Shown here piece by piece: positions 1 to 7,747 of a stretch of 64,000 nt of DNA. The stretch is from a bacterium (GTDB lineage: Bacteria > UBP6 > UBA1177 > JAKLFG01), in the NCBI GenBank assembly GCA_022711315.1, contig JAKLFG010000006.1:3726-67725 (forward strand), given 5' to 3'. A program made the translations under genes and the position numbers. Numbering within the stretch: position 1 is the first letter of the stretch; each line of letters begins with the position of its first letter. The notes below the pieces were generated by a model. That model saw only the letters and a program-made list of their open reading frames with translations. It searched no databases and was not told where the DNA came from.

Positions 1-1
1 C

Positions 2-373
2 AGGATCGTGATGCGGGATGAGCGCACCCGGTTGGACTGGACCGGCGAACCTCCGCAGGAACGCATGTATTTCCAGAACGCAAAGGATTACTGTGCGGCT
101 CTGATATACGGGGGCTACAGTGACTGGGCCCTGCCGGGATTGAATGACCTGATATCGCTTGCCGATTATTCGCGTTACGATCCGGCGTCCGGTTTCCCGG
201 GATTGCCGGCGGGCGATTACATCTGGAGCGATTTCCCGTTCCCCGAGGCCGATTGGTTCCGCGGTGTTTTGTTTCTCCGGCTGGGCGTTGGTTCCTTCTT
301 GATCCACGGGATGCCGGACGCGACGGTGTTGTGTGTCCGCCCCCAAGTTGACAACTTCGTTCTTTCCCCGTAG
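2..373 (+). CDS. DUF1566 (Lcl C-terminal-like) domain protein, 5' end outside window
   Basis: Frame open from nt 2 with no upstream stop. Motif FQNAKDYCAALIYGGYSDWALPGLNDLISL ... VLCVR resembles DUF1566 domains. Confidence 0.55.
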   Translation, partial: RIVMRDERTRLDWTGEPPQERMYFQNAKDYCAALIYGGYSDWALPGLNDLISLADYSRYDPASGFPGLPAGDYIWSDFPFPEADWFRGVLFLRLGVGSFLIHGMPDATVLCVRPQVDNFVLSP

Positions 374-412
374 AATGGGCCGGTCAGAGAGGGCATCAAA
401 AGGAGGCAGGCG

Positions 413-901
413 ATGGAGCGGGGAAAGAAACGGGCCATCTATCCGGGGAGTTTCGACCCGATAACCTTCGGCCACATCGATATCGCCCAGCGGAGTCTCA
501 AGATATTCGATGAACTCATCATCGCGATAGGGGACAACCGCAACAAGGACCCGCTCTTCTCGAAGGCGCAGCGGCTCGCCCAGATCAACGAGATATTCAG
601 CGAGAACGACGCGGTGCAGGCGGTCATGTTCGACGGACTGCTCGTGGACCTCGCTCGTCAACTCGAGGTGTTCACCGTCGTCCGCGGCCTGCGCGCCGTA
701 TCCGATTTCGAGTTCGAGTTCCAACTGTCGAGTTTCAACCGGAAGATGGAGCCGCGGGTCGAGTCGTTCTTCATGATGACGAGCGAGAAATATTTCTACA
801 TCTCGTCGAGTATGGTGCGGCAGGTGGCGTCGCTCGGCGGAGACATCAGCGATTTCGTGCCGCCCAATGTGAGCGCCGACCTCAAGAACCACCGGCGGTG
901 A
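413..901 (+). CDS. coaD: Phosphopantetheine adenylyltransferase
   Basis: 162 aa. AIYPGSFDPITFGHIDI (T/HxGH nucleotidyltransferase motif) and ...ISSSMVRQ typical of CoaD. AGGAGG upstream. Confidence 0.9.
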   Translation: MERGKKRAIYPGSFDPITFGHIDIAQRSLKIFDELIIAIGDNRNKDPLFSKAQRLAQINEIFSENDAVQAVMFDGLLVDLARQLEVFTVVRGLRAVSDFEFEFQLSSFNRKMEPRVESFFMMTSEKYFYISSSMVRQVASLGGDISDFVPPNVSADLKNHRR

Positions 902-911
902 CAACCGTCAC

Positions 912-1775
912 ATGAAAGACACCTTCCACTCCCCCGCCAAGATAAATCTGCGGCTTGACATCATCGGTCGCGACGCGGCGACCGGGTACCATTTCCTCGA
1001 GATGGTGCTCGCGCCGATATCGCTCGCCGACGAGATGACGGTCGAGGATGCCGATCGGACCGAGGTGGTCACCGTCAACTGCGCCGAAACGATACCGTCC
1101 GAAAAGAACATCGTCCATCGCGTCATTCGGGCGGTGGAGGAGGCGGTCGGCGCGCCTCTGCCGCCGCTCAAGGTCACCATCCGGAAAAATATCCCGACCG
1201 GCGCCGGCATGGGCGGCGGGTCTGGCAACGGCGCGGCGATGCTCGAATATCTTGACCGCCGGTTCGCCCTCCGTCTCGGTACGGAGCGACTCATGACCAT
1301 CGGCGCCCGCGTCGGGAGCGATATCCCGTTTTTCCTTGCCCATTCCCCGGCGGTGGTCACCGGGTTCGGCGAGAAGGTGGCGCCGGTCCGGCTGACCGCT
1401 TTTCCCTTCCCGACCCTCGTGGTGCACCCCGGCTTCCCGGTCGATACACGGCAGGCGTATGGCCTGTGGGATAAAAAAATGTTGACAAAAAGGGGACCGG
1501 TGGATACAAATATCGCCCGCGTGTCCGTTCTCTGTTCTTTGACAGAATGGGTTGATTTCATACGGAACGATCTCGAGGCGCCGGTGCTCGAAGCATACCC
1601 GGCGTTGCAGGTCGTTCGGCGACGCCTTACGGAAGAGGGCGCCGCCCGGGTATTCATGACCGGGAGCGGGTCGGCGATGGTCGCCCTGTTCGTGGATGAT
1701 GCCGCCTGCGGGGCCGCGGAACGCTGTCTCGCCGGGGAGTACCCGTTCGTACGGAAAGTGAAGGTGCTTACATAA
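912..1775 (+). CDS. ispE: 4-diphosphocytidyl-2-C-methyl-D-erythritol kinase
   Basis: 287 aa. SPAKINLRLDI start and GHMP-kinase motif IPTGAGMGGGSGNGAAML. Confidence 0.9.
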   Translation: MKDTFHSPAKINLRLDIIGRDAATGYHFLEMVLAPISLADEMTVEDADRTEVVTVNCAETIPSEKNIVHRVIRAVEEAVGAPLPPLKVTIRKNIPTGAGMGGGSGNGAAMLEYLDRRFALRLGTERLMTIGARVGSDIPFFLAHSPAVVTGFGEKVAPVRLTAFPFPTLVVHPGFPVDTRQAYGLWDKKMLTKRGPVDTNIARVSVLCSLTEWVDFIRNDLEAPVLEAYPALQVVRRRLTEEGAARVFMTGSGSAMVALFVDDAACGAAERCLAGEYPFVRKVKVLT

Positions 1776-1780
1776 ACCAT

Positions 1781-1855
1781 TGGGGCGTCGTCAAGCGGAA
1801 AGACTCCGGATTTTGATTCCGGCATTCGGGGGTTCGAATCCTCCCGCCCCAGCCA
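1781..1855 (+). tRNA. tRNA-Gln (anticodon UUG), CCA encoded
   Basis: TGGGGCG...CGCCCCA acceptor stem. Anticodon arm is CCGGA-TTTTGAT-TCCGG (anticodon TTG). T-arm GGGGGTTCGAATCCTCC. Near-identical in layout to E. coli tRNA-Gln. 75 nt. Confidence 0.85.
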
Positions 1856-1878
1856 TTTTTGAGAGTAAGGAGGAAACC

Positions 1879-2598
1879 ATGGAGACCGTCGGCATGAAAG
1901 TGTTCCCGAGGACGCCCGGGAAGAAATATGTCAAAGGGGCCCGGCGCGAAGGGCTCATCCCGATCAATGTGTACGGTAAGTTGCTGAAGGAGAATATCAT
2001 CGGCTCGGTGGAGCGCGGCAAGATCGTCAAGGCGCTTCGTTCTCCCAAGGGCCACAATGTCCTCGTCTCGCTTGAGACCGCGGAGGGCAAGGCGGTGCTG
2101 GCCATCCCGTACCGCATCGACATCGACCCGGTCAAGAATGTCATTGACCACATCGACTTCATGGCCATCAAAGAGGACGAGCCGATAACGGTGCAGGTGC
2201 CGCTCCTGAAGAAGGGCCGCTCGCAGGGCGAGATCGTCGGCGGGCGCGTGCTGCAGGTCATCAGCGAAGTGGTGGTCCGGTGCCGTCCGGCCGATATCCC
2301 CGAGAGTCTGATGGTCGATGTCACCCCCTATGACATCGGCGATCGAGTGATGGTCAACGACCTGCCGTATCCCCCCGGCGTTACGCCGATGTACCGCGAG
2401 AATGTCCCGGCCATCGTCGTCAATAAAGGCCGCGGTCAGATGGCTGACGAAGTGGCCGCCGACGGCGCCGCCAAGCCGGCCGAAGGTGCCGCCGCCGAGG
2501 CGAAGCCCGGTGAAGCCGCCGCCGCTCCTGTCGACGACAAGAAGGCCGCCGACGACAAGAAGGCCGCCGGCAAAGGCGACAAAGGGAAAAAGAAATAA
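1879..2598 (+). CDS. rplY: 50S ribosomal protein L25 / general stress protein Ctc, with A/K/E/P-rich C-terminal tail
   Basis: Track ORF 1780-2598 overlaps the tRNA, so it was trimmed to ATG 1879 behind AAGGAGG. MKVFPRTPGKKYVKGARREGLIPINVYGK is L25/Ctc-like. The tail ends ...DDKKAADDKKAAGKGDKGKKK. Confidence 0.85.
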   Translation: METVGMKVFPRTPGKKYVKGARREGLIPINVYGKLLKENIIGSVERGKIVKALRSPKGHNVLVSLETAEGKAVLAIPYRIDIDPVKNVIDHIDFMAIKEDEPITVQVPLLKKGRSQGEIVGGRVLQVISEVVVRCRPADIPESLMVDVTPYDIGDRVMVNDLPYPPGVTPMYRENVPAIVVNKGRGQMADEVAADGAAKPAEGAAAEAKPGEAAAAPVDDKKAADDKKAAGKGDKGKKK

Positions 2599-2606
2599 CG
2601 CCCTCC

Positions 2607-3239
2607 ATGCCCTTCCTGCTGGTAGCGGGACTCGGCAACCCCGGGTTCCGTTACGAAAAGACCAGACACAACATCGGGTTCCGCTTCCTCGATACGGTGC
2701 AGGAGACCGCCGGGTTCCCTCCGTTCTCCTACGAGAAGAAGTTCCTCGCGTATGTCTCGCGGCTTGATCTGGGGGGGAAACGGGTCCTGCTCCTGAAGCC
2801 GGACACCTACATGAACCTTTCGGGTCAGGCGGTCCGCGCCGTCACCGACTATTTCGGCATATCGATCGATGAAACGGTGGTGGTCCACGACGATCTCGAC
2901 ATCCCGTTCGGGACGGTCAAGATGAAGACCGGCGGCGGTGGCGCGGGACACCGCGGGATAGAGTCGGTCATCCAGCACCTGAACGGCGACGCCTTCGCCC
3001 GCATCCGGCTCGGCATCGGACGGCCCCCCGATGGGCTGGACGGCAAGGACTATGTGCTCCTGCCCTTCACCGCCGCCGAAGAGGATGCCGTGGCGCGGCT
3101 CTGGCGCCCGGTGTGGCCCGACCTGTTCAAGGCCCTCGCCGCGCAGGGGTTCGCGATGGCGGCCAACCGGTTCGCCAACCGCTCCTGCATGCCTCCGCCG
3201 CCGGCGCCGGAGGAAAAACCGTCCGCCGGAGAGCCATGA
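2607..3239 (+). CDS. pth: Peptidyl-tRNA hydrolase
   Basis: LVAGLGNPGFRYEKTRHNIGF signature. 210 aa. Confidence 0.92.
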   Translation: MPFLLVAGLGNPGFRYEKTRHNIGFRFLDTVQETAGFPPFSYEKKFLAYVSRLDLGGKRVLLLKPDTYMNLSGQAVRAVTDYFGISIDETVVVHDDLDIPFGTVKMKTGGGGAGHRGIESVIQHLNGDAFARIRLGIGRPPDGLDGKDYVLLPFTAAEEDAVARLWRPVWPDLFKALAAQGFAMAANRFANRSCMPPPPAPEEKPSAGEP

Positions 3240-4057
3240 TGAGGCCGTTCCACGACGATCCGCTCTTCACGGTGCGCGATGACCGGGAACTTGCCTCGTT
3301 CCTCGGCGTTCCCGATATTTCGACCCTTGTCTCCTCTCCGGTCGATCTGATCTGTGAGGCCTTTTCCCGCCTGCCCTACGAGAATCTGACCAAGGTGATC
3401 AAGCGGAGCGATGTCATAGCGCCGTCGAGCGCCCAGCGTCTTCCCGACGAGGTCATCGCCGATCATCTCCGGTACGGTACCGGCGGCACCTGCTTTTCGC
3501 TGACCGCGGCGCTCATCGCCGTCCTGTCGCGCTTCGGTGTCGCGGCGTGGCCGGTGCTCGCCGATCGCCGGTATGGCACCGATACCCACTGTGCGGTGCT
3601 CCTTACCCTGAACGGTACGCCGCACCTGGTGGACCCCGGCTATCTTATCCACCGTCCGGTCGCACTGCCTGATGACGCGGCGCGGCGTTATGAGAACCGG
3701 TTCAACACGGTGGAGCTCGCGCCCGCCGGTCCGCAACGGGTCGACCTGTTCACCTTGAGCGGCGCCGATCGCCGGTACCGGCTCACCTACAAGACCGTGG
3801 CGGTGGACGGCGCCGCGTTCGCCGCGGCGTGGCAGCGGTCGTTCGCGTGGGAGATGATGACCTATCCGGTGCTGACGCGGGTGACCGCGGCGGCCCACTG
3901 CTATCTGCAGGGCACCGAGTTGCGGGTGCGGGAGAACGACCGGACGAGCCGTGTCCGGTTCGACGAAGAACTATCGGGCGAATTCATCGCCCGCCATATC
4001 GGCATAGATCCCGCGATCGTCAAACGGGCCTTCGGGGTGTGGGGCCATGGCGCATAG
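3236..4057 (+). CDS. Arylamine N-acetyltransferase (NAT) fold protein
   Basis: Trimmed to ATG 3236, which overlaps the pth stop (ATGA). LPYENL, GTGGTCFSLT (catalytic Cys context), THCAVLL...HLVDPGY (His/Asp) match the NAT Cys-His-Asp layout. About 273 aa. Confidence 0.65.
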   Translation: MMRPFHDDPLFTVRDDRELASFLGVPDISTLVSSPVDLICEAFSRLPYENLTKVIKRSDVIAPSSAQRLPDEVIADHLRYGTGGTCFSLTAALIAVLSRFGVAAWPVLADRRYGTDTHCAVLLTLNGTPHLVDPGYLIHRPVALPDDAARRYENRFNTVELAPAGPQRVDLFTLSGADRRYRLTYKTVAVDGAAFAAAWQRSFAWEMMTYPVLTRVTAAAHCYLQGTELRVRENDRTSRVRFDEELSGEFIARHIGIDPAIVKRAFGVWGHGA

Positions 4058-4583
4058 CGTCCCGGTCGACCCGGTCAAATATCTCATCGCGGCGCTCTAC
4101 CGGCGCGACGCCTTTCCGCCTTCCGTCGAAGGGGCGCTGCAGGAACGCTGGGGCGCGATCGACCTCCGCGGGGAGGAACATCCGTTCGACCTGACCGACT
4201 ACTACCGGGAGGAGATGGGGGAGGGACTCGTCCGACGGATACTTTCGTTCGAACGGCTCCTGCCGCCGACCGAACTCGTGGCGATGAAACTGGCCTGCAA
4301 CGATATCGAGGATGCGACCGCTTCGGACGGTAAACGGGCGGTCAACCTTGACTGCGGCTACCTCGATCATCACAAAGTGGTGCTCGCCTCGTGCAAAGGG
4401 GCGGGACACAAACTCTACCTCGACAGCGGTGTCTGGGGCGACATGACCTGTCGTTGGCAGAAGGGTGCCTACCGACCGTTCGAGTGGAGTTTCCCCGATT
4501 TCAAGGAGGAGCGGTACCGGAAGGAACTCGCGGCGATCCGGGAACGGTATCTTTTCCAACTCAGGCAGGGGAAGACGATATGA
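4047..4583 (+). CDS. Conserved hypothetical protein, DUF4416-like (tentative)
   Basis: 178 aa. Overlaps the upstream gene by 11 nt and the downstream gene by ATGA. NLDCGYLDHHKVVLASCKGAGHKLYL resembles DUF4416 from memory. Not verified. Confidence 0.45.
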   Translation: MAHSVPVDPVKYLIAALYRRDAFPPSVEGALQERWGAIDLRGEEHPFDLTDYYREEMGEGLVRRILSFERLLPPTELVAMKLACNDIEDATASDGKRAVNLDCGYLDHHKVVLASCKGAGHKLYLDSGVWGDMTCRWQKGAYRPFEWSFPDFKEERYRKELAAIRERYLFQLRQGKTI

Positions 4584-5422
4584 ACGAAGATTATGCCCTG
4601 CTGGACCACGGCGAGGGGAGAAAACTCGAATCGTTCGGCGGCGTCATCATTGATCGTCCCGCGCCTCACGCCGTCGGGCCGCGCCGTCGTCCGGAGCGGT
4701 GGATCGACGCGCACGCTGTCTTCTTGAAAGGGGAGGGGTGGCGGCGGCTTCGCCCCTTCGATGAGCCGTGGCGCGCAAAGATCGCCGACATCGTGTTCGA
4801 ACTCGCGCTCCACGCGCAGGGGCAGGTCGGTGTCTTTCCCGAACAGGCGCCGAATTGGCGGTGGCTGCGCGACATGGTCGTGTCGGCGGACCGCGACCTG
4901 ACGATACTCAATGTGTTCGCCTACACCGGCGGCGCGACGATCGCGCCGATCTCAACCGGCGCCCCGCACCGCGTGGAGATCTGTCACCTCGACGGCGCGA
5001 AGGGGGCGGTGACGATCGCGCGGCGCAACGCCGTGTTGAATGACCTCGGCGACGCGCCGGTCCGCTGGCTGACCGATGATGCGCTGACTTTCATGAAGCG
5101 GGAAAAGCGGCGCGGTCGGCGTTACGACGGCATCATTCTCGACCCGCCCGCGTTCGGGCGGGGGGCCGACGGCGGGCAGTGGAAACTCGCCGACAGCCTG
5201 CCCGACCTGCTTGCTCTTGCGGCGGACCTTCTGTCCGAGCGCCCGTCACTCTTGCTCCTGTCATGGCATGACCCCGTACTCGTGCCTGCCCGGGCCGTTG
5301 CGATGACGCGTGAGGCGCTCACGGGCAAAAGTATCTCTTCGGTGCGGGAACTTGCATTGGCTCTGCCGTGTCGGGGGCATGAATCGCTGGCGGCCGGTCG
5401 GTCTATACGGGTCCTGTTCTAG
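4580..5422 (+). CDS. Class I SAM-dependent methyltransferase (RlmI/RlmK-like rRNA MTase family)
   Basis: Trimmed to ATG 4580 (MNEDYALLDHGEGRKLE). LNVFAYTGGATIA (SAM motif I) and ILDPPAFGRG (motif IV). Confidence 0.7.
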   Translation: MNEDYALLDHGEGRKLESFGGVIIDRPAPHAVGPRRRPERWIDAHAVFLKGEGWRRLRPFDEPWRAKIADIVFELALHAQGQVGVFPEQAPNWRWLRDMVVSADRDLTILNVFAYTGGATIAPISTGAPHRVEICHLDGAKGAVTIARRNAVLNDLGDAPVRWLTDDALTFMKREKRRGRRYDGIILDPPAFGRGADGGQWKLADSLPDLLALAADLLSERPSLLLLSWHDPVLVPARAVAMTREALTGKSISSVRELALALPCRGHESLAAGRSIRVLF

Positions 5423-5910
5423 CCGCAGCACCCGCTGCCGCAGGAGTTGTCGTGGCAGTGCGCGTGTTTGGGGAGCGCGCACCCGATCTCGAGCAGTTCT
5501 ATCTCGAACATCAGAGTCTTTCCGGCGAGCGGGTGGTTGGCGTCGAGCGTCACCTCGTCGCCGGCGATCTCGACGATCGTTGCCGGGAGCGAGCGGCCCA
5601 TGCCGTCATTGAGGGCGAAGGTCGTGCCGGCCGTCAGCTCGGCGCCTTCGGGGAATCGGTTCTTGGGGACCTTCAGCACGAACTCGTCGAGCCGGTCGCC
5701 GTACCCTTCGGCGGGCGGTATGGTCACCTTCTTTATCTCGCCTATCATCATGCCGACGACGGCGTCGTTGAACCCGGGGATGACCATTCCCTCGCCCGTC
5801 TTGAAGATGAAGGGCTCGTTCCGCTCGCGTGACGAATCGAACACGCCGCCCTCTTTCAGTTTGCCGATATAGTGAACCTTCACCGTATCGCCGCTGTTGA
5901 CCTTTGTCAT
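5419..5910 (-). CDS. slyD: FKBP-type peptidyl-prolyl isomerase, SlyD-like, with Cys/His-rich tail
   Basis: GDTVKVHYIGKLKEGGVFDSS...FKTGEGMVIPGFNDAV. IF-type insert. C-terminus is CALPKHAHCHDNSCGSGCCG. Confidence 0.8.
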   Translation of the reverse strand: MTKVNSGDTVKVHYIGKLKEGGVFDSSRERNEPFIFKTGEGMVIPGFNDAVVGMMIGEIKKVTIPPAEGYGDRLDEFVLKVPKNRFPEGAELTAGTTFALNDGMGRSLPATIVEIAGDEVTLDANHPLAGKTLMFEIELLEIGCALPKHAHCHDNSCGSGCCG

Positions 5911-6022
5911 GTCTGCCTCCTGTCAGGTTAGGGAAAAAACAAACGGTGAGGCATCCTATCCACGGTCGGTATGGATTGCAACAATTTTATTTTTTCGTTC
6001 ACGACAGGAAGCGTTAAAAAAA

Positions 6023-6051
6023 TTGACTTGAACCCCTCTTTGTGATAGGAG
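6023..6051 (+). promoter_or_regulatory. Putative sigma70 promoter with A-tract UP-like element for the small-lipoprotein cluster
   Basis: gcgttaaaaaaaTTGACTtgaacccctctttgTGaTAGGAG: a -35 TTGACT, a 17-nt spacer and an extended -10-like TGaTAGGAG. About 55 nt upstream of ATG 6108. Confidence 0.3.
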
Positions 6052-6107
6052 CGAACATTCCGTTCTTTTCCGGCGTTCAATAAACCGTGTGACGAGGAGG
6101 TACCCTG

Positions 6108-6341
6108 ATGAAAAGACTTCTTTTGGTCGGGTTGGTCGCGGCCGCGCTGTGTGCCGCGTGCACGAACCCGCGCGTCATCAAGCAGATGACGAACCGTGAC
6201 AGCGACAAGACCTTCAAGGCTATCACCGTGCAGGAGCAGTTCTGTGGCCTGCCGCTGTATGCCGTGGTGAAATGTTCCATGGCGGAGGACGGCGCGCTTT
6301 CCCAGTGTCGCCAGATGGCCGTCAACTTCGATTACGAGTAG
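6108..6341 (+). CDS. Small lipoprotein, Cys-loop family member 1 (77 aa)
   Basis: GAGGAGG SD. Signal peptide ends in the lipobox-like LCAAC. DKTFK motif. C-terminal loop KCSMAEDGALSQC. Confidence 0.7.
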   Translation: MKRLLLVGLVAAALCAACTNPRVIKQMTNRDSDKTFKAITVQEQFCGLPLYAVVKCSMAEDGALSQCRQMAVNFDYE

Positions 6342-6351
6342 GGAGGAGGCC

Positions 6352-6630
6352 ATGAAAAAGATCGTAGTATTGTTGCTGTGCCTTTCGCTGTTGGCGACCA
6401 CCGGCTGTTCGGTGCGGCGCATCCTCATGGCCGCCGAGGATCACCCCACGCGTCAACTCACGAACTTCGAGACGATCGATCAGTACTGGCTCCTGGGCCT
6501 GTACCAGGTCGGTGCCCACTACCGCTACTGGACCTGTGTCGACGGCAACGAATCGCTCGACTGCAAGGTCCTGTGCGACAACAAGGAATCCTCCGATCTC
6601 GACTGTGTCGGGTTCGGTTTGGGCAAGTAA
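6352..6630 (+). CDS. Small lipoprotein, Cys-loop family member 2 (92 aa)
   Basis: GGAGGAGG SD. LLATTGC lipobox. TCVDGNESLDCKVLC loop. Lies 10 nt after the previous stop. Confidence 0.7.
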   Translation: MKKIVVLLLCLSLLATTGCSVRRILMAAEDHPTRQLTNFETIDQYWLLGLYQVGAHYRYWTCVDGNESLDCKVLCDNKESSDLDCVGFGLGK

Positions 6631-6642
6631 GGAGGTGATGCC

Positions 6643-6936
6643 ATGAAAAGATATGTTATTCTCGCCATCATCGTCAGCGCCTTGATGACCTCGTGCTATA
6701 CGCCGCACTGGCTGGTCAGCAACGATTTCAAGGGCACCGACAAGACCTTCAAAGAGTTCTTCGTGCCGGTGGGTAGTGGCGGCATGTTCAGTGAGGACGC
6801 TAATATCTTCAATTACAACATCCGCGTCTGCACGATCGACGACAATGCCAATCTGACCCAGTGCGTCGACACGATGGTCATCGGCAATGTGGTCGCCGAC
6901 AGCAGATACGGCGGCGGCACCTTTTACGCGTATTAG
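6643..6936 (+). CDS. Small lipoprotein, Cys-loop family member 3 (97 aa)
   Basis: AAGGAGG SD. ALMTSC lipobox. DKTFK motif shared with member 1. VCTIDDNANLTQC loop. Confidence 0.7.
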   Translation: MKRYVILAIIVSALMTSCYTPHWLVSNDFKGTDKTFKEFFVPVGSGGMFSEDANIFNYNIRVCTIDDNANLTQCVDTMVIGNVVADSRYGGGTFYAY

Positions 6937-6951
6937 TAAGGGAGAAAGCAC

Positions 6952-7326
6952 ATGAAAAAGATAATTCTTCTGAGTCTGCTTGCGCTCATCGTGAGCGCCT
7001 GCGCGGTCGAGCGGCGCGCCATCACCGCCCGCCTCCACACCGACAAGATATTCTATGTCGCCTACATGGAATGGCAGGAATCCATCTTCGGCATTTCCGA
7101 TTATTGCTCGAAGATAAAGCGCTGCAACTTCATGGACAACAACGGTATGGTCTGCATGGACGAGCAGGAAGCCGAACGCATCCTCAATCCCCAGAAGTAC
7201 GGCGAGATGGCCACCACCGACACCGCTCCCGCGCCTGAGGCGGCTCCCGCTGAAGCGGCTCCCGCCGAGGCGGCTCCTGCTGAAGAGGCGCCGGTCGAAG
7301 CCCCCGCTGAAGCCCCCGCCGAGTAA
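6952..7326 (+). CDS. Small lipoprotein, Cys-loop family member 4 with PAE-repeat tail (124 aa)
   Basis: AAGGGAG SD. LIVSAC lipobox. RCNFMDNNGMVC loop. Tail is APAPEAAPAEAAPAEAAPAEEAPVEAPAEAPAE. Confidence 0.7.
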   Translation: MKKIILLSLLALIVSACAVERRAITARLHTDKIFYVAYMEWQESIFGISDYCSKIKRCNFMDNNGMVCMDEQEAERILNPQKYGEMATTDTAPAPEAAPAEAAPAEAAPAEEAPVEAPAEAPAE

Positions 7327-7506
7327 ACGGATACTTCTTACCCCACCTTTCCTCCACATACCCTGGAAAATGTTCCTTCATTTTATTTCCTTTTCTTTCG
7401 TGGAAAAAGTTGCTTTATGTTTCGAAAAGCAGTAGATAGGATGTCATGTTTTGGGACGGTAATGGTCCTTGCTCTTTTAGTTTTACCTGTAAAAGGAGGT
7501 TAGATC

Positions 7507-7725
7507 ATGCGGAAGATGACGGCGTTCTTGGCGGCGATGGTTATGGTCCTTGCGTTCGGTTGCGCGAGCGCTCCCGAAGCGGCTCCGGCCCCGGCTCCGG
7601 CCGAACCGGCCCCGGCCGTTGAACCGGCTCCGGCTCCCGAGGCGGCCCCGGCTGAGGCGGCTCCTGCCGAGGCTCCGGCCGAGGCTCCTGCTGAGGCTCC
7701 GGCTGAGGCTCCCGCGGCTGAATAA
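7507..7725 (+). CDS. Lipoprotein consisting only of a signal peptide and a Pro/Ala/Glu repeat (72 aa)
   Basis: AAAGGAGG SD. VLAFGC lipobox. The mature part is about 53 aa of AP/AE repeats, followed by a strong terminator. Low complexity makes coding less certain. Confidence 0.55.
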   Translation: MRKMTAFLAAMVMVLAFGCASAPEAAPAPAPAEPAPAVEPAPAPEAAPAEAAPAEAPAEAPAEAPAEAPAAE

Positions 7726-7747
7726 GCCATCCTCGTTCCATTTCTTC

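Noticed and set aside
1780-1878. N-terminal extension of the L25 ORF in the track (start 1780)
   Set aside because: The extension is the tRNA-Gln gene read as protein. The real start is ATG 1879 behind AAGGAGG. Similar trims were applied to ORFs starting at 3113, 4391, 12219, 13841, 14416, 15282, 29335, 30564, 41377, 50531, 55999 and 61173, on the basis of SD sites, signal peptides and upstream gene ends.
7500-7730. 76-aa minus-strand ORF (ASAG repeats) opposite the PAE lipopeptide gene
   Set aside because: It mirrors the GC-rich tandem repeat. It lacks an SD and a signal peptide, whereas the plus-strand ORF has an SD, a lipoprotein signal peptide and a terminator.
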